Shown: piece by piece, positions 58,877-64,000 of the stretch
Numbering within the stretch: the stretch's first letter is position 1
How the letters are laid out: every line of letters starts with the position of its first letter
Origin: an uncultured Ignavibacteria bacterium
GTDB lineage: Bacteria > Bacteroidota > Ignavibacteria > Ignavibacteriales > Ignavibacteriaceae
Reading direction: 5' to 3'
Length of the DNA stretch: 64,000 nt
NCBI GenBank assembly: GCA_963727535.1
Contig: CAVSGR010000005.1
Span: 11,251 to 75,250, forward strand
The notes under the pieces: model-generated
Seen by the model: only the letters and a program-made list of their open reading frames with translations
Told to the model about the DNA's origin: nothing
The model's database searches: none
Program-made: the position numbers and the translations under genes

Positions 58877-60286
58877 ATGTTGGAATTACAAAGAACTATT
58901 TCAAAATCAGTTTCTATTTCGGGAATTGGATTGCATACAGGAACTAAATGCAGTATGACTTTTAAACCTGCGCCGGAAAATTACGGTGTAAGATTTATCA
59001 GGGTGGACCTGGATGGAAAACCTGAAATAGCTGCCAATGCAGATAATGTCGTTGATATTTCGAGGGGTACTACTCTCGGCGTTGGAGATGCAAAAGTTCA
59101 TACAGTAGAACATGTACTCGCTGCAATTGTCGGGTTGCAAATAGATAACATTATTATAGAGATGGACGGTATTGAGCCTCCAATTGGAGACGGGAGTTCA
59201 AGTCCTTTTGTTGAAGCATTAAAAGAAGCAGAATTTATTCAGCAGAAAGAACCTAAAGATTATTTGGTTATTGATGAAACAGTGATTTATCATGATGAAG
59301 CAAACCAGGTTGAAATAGTAGCTTTGCCGCTAGATAATTACAGGGTAACAGTAATGGTTGACTACCAAAATCCTGCACTGGGAAGTCAGCATACAGGACT
59401 TTTTGATCTTGAGAAAGAATTTGCTTCGGAATTTGCACCTGCAAGAACATTTTGTTTTTTAAGTGAGATTGAAGAGCTGGCAGGGCAGGGATTAATTAAA
59501 GGAGGAGACATCGACAATGCTGTTGTTATTGTTGATAAAAAAGCTTCCGAAGCTGAGCTCAAAAACATTCAAAAAATTCTAGGGGTAAAAGGAACATTAG
59601 CATTGGGCGAAAACGGGATACTAAATAACAAAGAGTTAAGATTTAAAAATGAGCCTGTAAGACACAAACTTCTTGATCTTGTTGGAGACCTTGCATTAAT
59701 AGGTGCCCCGATTAAAGCCCAGATTCTTGCTGCACGTCCTGGTCATAAAGCAAATGTTGAGTTTGCAAAACAGATAAGGAAACTCTACCAGCAGAAAAAA
59801 CTCGTTAAAAAATTTCAAACAGTGAAGAAGGAAGGTGTTGTTTTTGATATTAATGCCATACAGAGAATTCTCCCTCATCGTTATCCTTTTCTAATGATTG
59901 ATAAAATAATTGAGCTGGAACTTGACAAGCGGGTTGTTGGTGTTAAATCTGTTACTATAGACGAACCCTTTTTCCAGGGACATTTTCCGGGTCAACCGAT
60001 TATGCCGGGAGTTTTAATTATAGAAGCAATGGCACAAACAAGCGGAATTCTTATCCTAAATTCACTTCCAAATTTTAAGGAAAAACTCGTTTATTTTATG
60101 CAGATAAATAACGCTAAGTTTAGAAAGCCAGTTGTGCCAGGGGATCAACTATATCTTGAGATAGAATTTATTTCAAAGAAAACAAAAATTTTCTTAATGA
60201 AAGGCAAGGCGATGGTGAATGACAAAGTTGTCGCCGAAGCCGATTTTATGGCTGGCGTTGTTGACAGAGATGCACCGGTTGAATAA
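58877..60286 (+). CDS. lpxC/fabZ: Bifunctional UDP-3-O-acyl-GlcNAc deacetylase / 3-hydroxyacyl-ACP dehydratase
   Basis: LpxC part (GIGLHTG, HTVEHVLAA, HKLLDLVGDL) is fused to the FabZ part (LPHRYPFLMIDKI, FFQGHFPG.PIMPGVL). Confidence 0.92.
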   Translation: MLELQRTISKSVSISGIGLHTGTKCSMTFKPAPENYGVRFIRVDLDGKPEIAANADNVVDISRGTTLGVGDAKVHTVEHVLAAIVGLQIDNIIIEMDGIEPPIGDGSSSPFVEALKEAEFIQQKEPKDYLVIDETVIYHDEANQVEIVALPLDNYRVTVMVDYQNPALGSQHTGLFDLEKEFASEFAPARTFCFLSEIEELAGQGLIKGGDIDNAVVIVDKKASEAELKNIQKILGVKGTLALGENGILNNKELRFKNEPVRHKLLDLVGDLALIGAPIKAQILAARPGHKANVEFAKQIRKLYQQKKLVKKFQTVKKEGVVFDINAIQRILPHRYPFLMIDKIIELELDKRVVGVKSVTIDEPFFQGHFPGQPIMPGVLIIEAMAQTSGILILNSLPNFKEKLVYFMQINNAKFRKPVVPGDQLYLEIEFISKKTKIFLMKGKAMVNDKVVAEADFMAGVVDRDAPVE

Positions 60287-60304
60287 TATTGCTTTAACTC
60301 TTAG

Positions 60305-61063
60305 ATGAAATGGTATTTCCTAAATACTGGTTCAGGTTCAGGTCAGTATAATATGGATTTCGATCTTCAGCTTGCAAAAAATAACAAAGGGGATGAAGCT
60401 TTCTTTAGACTTTACAGGTGGAATCCGTATTGTATATCCCTTGGATTTAACCAGGATTTTAGTACGGTTGACGTTGATAAAGCTTTTCAGGACAAAATAG
60501 ATATTGTTAAAAGACCAACCGGGGGTAAAGCAATTTTACATGCAGAAGAATTGACATATTCAGTTATTTATCCTTTATCAGAAAATATATCCCCAAGAAA
60601 TTTTTATTACGAAATAAATAAAGCTTTACGAGAGGGTTTGATTCTTTATGATGAACGGTTATCTGGAATCGAGCTTGAATCTGGTCAACCTGATTTAAGA
60701 ACTTTTTATAAAGAATCTGTTTCTGAAATTTGTTTTTCTGTTTCTGCAAAGAGCGAGATTAATTTCTCTGGTAAAAAATTAGTTGGAAGTGCACAAAGAA
60801 AAATTAGAAATACAGTTCTTCAGCATGGTTCGATACTTTGCGGAGAATATCATAAAAAAATTATAGAATATCTTAATCTATCAGGCGAAGAATATTCAAA
60901 TGCAAAGACAAAAATGATGAATAATACTATTGAGCTTGAAAAAATTATTACAGAGAAAATTGACTATGATAAACTATCAAATTGTCTTATTAAAGGATTC
61001 GAAAAGTTTTTTAGCATTAATTTTCTTAATCTTGATAAAGAAATTATATATTTATCTGTATAA
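60305..61063 (+). CDS. Lipoate/octanoate protein ligase family protein (BPL_LplA_LipB domain)
   Basis: RLYRW.P.CISLG, VKRPTGGKAILH, GKKLVGSAQRK (catalytic Lys region). Confidence 0.7.
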   Translation: MKWYFLNTGSGSGQYNMDFDLQLAKNNKGDEAFFRLYRWNPYCISLGFNQDFSTVDVDKAFQDKIDIVKRPTGGKAILHAEELTYSVIYPLSENISPRNFYYEINKALREGLILYDERLSGIELESGQPDLRTFYKESVSEICFSVSAKSEINFSGKKLVGSAQRKIRNTVLQHGSILCGEYHKKIIEYLNLSGEEYSNAKTKMMNNTIELEKIITEKIDYDKLSNCLIKGFEKFFSINFLNLDKEIIYLSV

Positions 61064-61076
61064 ACCTTAAAATAAA

Positions 61077-61892
61077 ATGAGTACAGAGAAAGAAATAAAA
61101 AGAATAACAACCAAATCTCTTTCTCTTCTGAAAAAGAAGGGGATAAAAATATCTGCTCTTACAGCTTACGATTATATAACTGCAATGCTTATTGATAAAG
61201 CCGGTATTGATCTTATTCTTGTCGGTGATTCATTAAGTAATGTATTCCAGGGGAATGAAACGACTCTGCCTGTTACAATGGATGAAATGATTTATCATAC
61301 AAAAGCTGTTACAAAAGCTGTGAACAGGGCAATGGTTGTTGTGGATTTGCCTTTTATGTCTTACCAGTTAAGTGTTGATGAGGGATTCCGGAATGCCGGA
61401 AGAATAATGAAGGAAACTTCAGCTGGTGGGGTTAAACTGGAAGGTGGCGAAAGAGTAGCAGAAACAATTAGAAAAATTACACAAGCCGGGATACCTGTCA
61501 TGGGGCACATAGGTTTAACTCCTCAAAGTATCCACCTGTTTGGAAGTTATAGGGAAAGAGGCAGGAAACAAGAGGAAGCTGAAGAAATTTTAAGAGATGC
61601 AAAAATAGTTGAAGAATCCGGTGCCTTTGCAGTTATTGTAGAAAAGGTTCCTGCATCGCTTGCAAAGAAAATTTCAGAGTCCCTCGCAATTCCAACTATT
61701 GGAATTGGAGCGGGAGTATACTCCGATGGTCAGATCCTGGTTACCCCGGATATGCTTGGTTTAAATTTAGAGTTTAATCCCAGGTTTGTAAGACATTATG
61801 CTGAGTTAGCGGAGCAAATTAATAATGGAGTAAAAAAATATATCGAAGATGTAAAAAACAAAAACTTTCCAAGTGAAAGCGAAAGTTATTGA
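61077..61892 (+). CDS. panB: 3-methyl-2-oxobutanoate hydroxymethyltransferase
   Basis: [33 protein letters not shown]. Confidence 0.93.
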   Translation: MSTEKEIKRITTKSLSLLKKKGIKISALTAYDYITAMLIDKAGIDLILVGDSLSNVFQGNETTLPVTMDEMIYHTKAVTKAVNRAMVVVDLPFMSYQLSVDEGFRNAGRIMKETSAGGVKLEGGERVAETIRKITQAGIPVMGHIGLTPQSIHLFGSYRERGRKQEEAEEILRDAKIVEESGAFAVIVEKVPASLAKKISESLAIPTIGIGAGVYSDGQILVTPDMLGLNLEFNPRFVRHYAELAEQINNGVKKYIEDVKNKNFPSESESY

Positions 61893-61936
61893 TTTGTATC
61901 TTGTTGATTAAGCGTTTTATTAGATATTTCGTATGT

Positions 61937-63052
61937 ATGATAAAAAAAAATTTCCTTGTTCTAATATTTTTCACTTTTCTTCCTTTTCAAATTATCCCCC
62001 AGTTGAATTACAGTGTTTCGCTCGAAGATGCCAATATAACTTCGATTACTGAAGAAAATAATTTTCTTTGGGTGGCGACTTACGGGCAGGGTATTTTCAG
62101 GCTTTCAAAAAAAGACGGTAAATGGTTCAACTTTTCCACTAAAAACGGAAACCTTGATAACGATCTTTTTTATTCAATTGCTGTAAGTAAAAACTATGTT
62201 TGGGCCGGCGGAAATGAAGGTCTTTACATTTATGATCGAAGAAAAAATAAATGGACAATGAGGAAGTTTTCTCTCGGGGGACAATTCGGCAACTGGATAA
62301 GATCGTTATGTTATGATCCTGACCAGAATATTCTGTGGATAGGAAGATTTAGAAACCTGACTAAGTTGGATGTCAGGCGCCAGGTTTATAAAGATATAGA
62401 TCTTACAAAAGGTGATGATCCGAAAACAAATACCATTAAAACTATAAAACTTGATGGTGACAGCCTTATCTGGTTCGGAACGGAGTCGGGTGTTCATCTT
62501 TATAGAAAGAAAAAGAAGACCGGGCAGGAGACATGGGAATTTATTAATAATAAAAAAGGATTCAAACAGGAAGGAGATGCTGTTTCCGTTAACGATTTTG
62601 TTTTTGAAGCTGGTAATGTTTGGTTTGCAACTGACGAGTTTGTTACTTTAAAACAACCGAGGTTTAATGTTGGGGGGCTCTATAAATATAACAGGAAGTT
62701 TATATGGGATAAATTTTCAAGAGTAAATGGGTTGCCTGCAAATGGTGTTTATTGTATTGAGAGAACAGGCAATTATATTTGGGCTGGAATTTATTCCTTT
62801 GAAAAAGAACAAAAAGAAGAATACGGTAAAGGTCTGGTTTTGATTAACCGCTTAACTGGAAAGATAACTCCGATCGATCTCAATACGCTTCAAGCTAAAT
62901 CATCAACAATAAATACGCTTTATTTTGATAAAAAAAATTTATGGATTGGGACAGACAAAGGTTTGTGGAAACTTGATATTGAAAACCCACTTGCTGTATG
63001 GACACTTAAAAAGGAAGTTAAAAAAAACAGTACTTCGAACAAACGGCACTAA
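61937..63052 (+). CDS. Secreted beta-propeller repeat protein (two-component-regulator-propeller-like repeats)
   Basis: Repeated ...W(V/F/I)(A/G)T..G(L/I/V).... motifs. Start moved to MIKKNF. Confidence 0.55.
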   Translation: MIKKNFLVLIFFTFLPFQIIPQLNYSVSLEDANITSITEENNFLWVATYGQGIFRLSKKDGKWFNFSTKNGNLDNDLFYSIAVSKNYVWAGGNEGLYIYDRRKNKWTMRKFSLGGQFGNWIRSLCYDPDQNILWIGRFRNLTKLDVRRQVYKDIDLTKGDDPKTNTIKTIKLDGDSLIWFGTESGVHLYRKKKKTGQETWEFINNKKGFKQEGDAVSVNDFVFEAGNVWFATDEFVTLKQPRFNVGGLYKYNRKFIWDKFSRVNGLPANGVYCIERTGNYIWAGIYSFEKEQKEEYGKGLVLINRLTGKITPIDLNTLQAKSSTINTLYFDKKNLWIGTDKGLWKLDIENPLAVWTLKKEVKKNSTSNKRH

Positions 63053-63126
63053 TCAGTTAACTCTTTATCCCCACTTAATTTATAGTTATTTTTAATTTTC
63101 AAATTAAATCGACTTGTTATATAGTA

Positions 63127-64000
63127 ATGCTGACTAAAAAGAAATTAAACGACCTGAGAAAAAATTTTAGCGGACAGAAGATAGCTGTTATTGGCGATAT
63201 GATGCTTGATTCATATTTCCGAGGTGATGTAAAAAGAGTTTCTCCGGAAGCGCCTGTTCCTGTAGTTGAGGTTGAGAATGAGTTCTTCCGCTTTGGCGGA
63301 GCAGCAAATGTTGCTTTGAATATTTTGAAACTTGGTGGTATCCCTCTTCCTGCAGGAGTAATAGGAAATGACAATGATGGAAAGACCTTCAAGTCTTTGC
63401 TGGAAGAAGCCAGCATGATGTCTGATGGAATTATTGTTGACTCTTCCCGCCCAACCACAGCAAAAACAAGAGTGATTGCAGGCAATCAGCATGTTGTAAG
63501 AATAGACAAAGAAAGTAAAGAAAGTATTTCTAATAAAACAGAAAAGAAGCTTCTGGAGTATCTTACTTCAAATATTTCCAGTCTTGATGGAATAATTCTG
63601 CAGGATTATAATAAGGGAGTTCTTACCAAAAATTTCATTAAGAATATTATTTCTCTGGCAAATAAAAAAGATATATTTATCACTGTTGATCCTAAATTCA
63701 ATAACTTTTTCGAATATAAAAATGTAACAGTTTTTAAACCGAATAAAAAAGAAGCAGAAGATGTACTTGGAATAAAAATAAAAAACAAAGAAGATGTTAC
63801 TAATGCAGGAAGGACAATGTTGGAAAGATTGAATGCGGGAAATGTTTTGTTAACTCTTGGCTCAGAAGGTATGGCAGTGTTTGAAAAAAATAAAACCGAG
63901 AAACGCCTGCCAACAAAAGCAAGAAAAGTTGCCGATGTTTCCGGAGCTGGAGATACTGTAATTTCCACTCTGACAATGGCATTAGTGGCGGGATCTGATA
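63127..64000 (+). CDS. D-glycero-beta-D-manno-heptose-7-phosphate kinase domain (RfaE/HldE domain I, PfkB family); 3' end off-window
   Basis: Not in the ORF track because it runs off the window. VIGDMMLDSYFRGDVKRVSPEAPVPVV, GGAANVA and DVSGAGDTVI (PfkB signature). Confidence 0.85.
   Translation, partial: MLTKKKLNDLRKNFSGQKIAVIGDMMLDSYFRGDVKRVSPEAPVPVVEVENEFFRFGGAANVALNILKLGGIPLPAGVIGNDNDGKTFKSLLEEASMMSDGIIVDSSRPTTAKTRVIAGNQHVVRIDKESKESISNKTEKKLLEYLTSNISSLDGIILQDYNKGVLTKNFIKNIISLANKKDIFITVDPKFNNFFEYKNVTVFKPNKKEAEDVLGIKIKNKEDVTNAGRTMLERLNAGNVLLTLGSEGMAVFEKNKTEKRLPTKARKVADVSGAGDTVISTLTMALVAGSD

Noticed and set aside
63117-63968. Minus-strand ORFs 63117-63485, 63211-63492, 63606-63968 and 63800-63982
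   Set aside because: They are antisense to a clearly recognisable plus-strand RfaE/HldE-type kinase gene (63127 to the window end) that the ORF track omitted because it has no stop in the window.

Overview
This 64-kb window comes from a low-GC Gram-negative bacterium of the FCB group. My best guess is Ignavibacteria/Bacteroidota-like, based on the LpxC-FabZ fusion, a PorV/PorQ-like barrel, a TAnnTTTG-type -10 element and a bacilliredoxin. About 90% is coding and most of it is housekeeping. The housekeeping blocks are: an envelope cluster uppS-bamA-skp-skp-lpxD-lpxC/fabZ (53.3-60.3 kb); a long minus-strand SUF Fe-S operon sufB..sufC-sufD-sufS-sufU-sufT-bacilliredoxin-rrf2 (26.4-19.1 kb); a TetR-controlled HlyD/ABC-2 exporter operon (18.5-12.7 kb); a pair of M16 peptidases; a tricorn-type protease; fumC; a GH13 pullulanase; a TonB-dependent receptor; a multi-PAS hybrid histidine kinase; and gpmA, ilvE, an alkaline phosphatase and panB. 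Seven non-housekeeping items stand out. (1) A lexA operon carries two small uncharacterised genes behind a palindrome-bracketed promoter, next to a 1.1-kb AT-rich ORF-free stretch. This is my best candidate for an undescribed SOS-linked module. (2) A minimal GIY-YIG gene is wedged between a complete tRNA-Ser(UGA) and an orphaned copy of that tRNA's 5' half. (3) A DUF433/PIN-like toxin-antitoxin pair is inserted between sufB and sufC. (4) Frame-disrupted genes are unusually frequent: sufD is broken three times, and two GT2 genes, a radical-SAM gene and ilvE are each broken once. There is also one clearly decayed K+ channel gene. (5) A family of short GC-rich triloop hairpins and REP-like palindromes is scattered through intergenic DNA. 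(6) There is a duplicated TetR-type operator. (7) There is a 56-aa Cys-containing ORF below the ORF-track cutoff. No rRNA, CRISPR array, transposase or integrase was seen. All functional calls rest on motif recognition by eye; no database search was possible.
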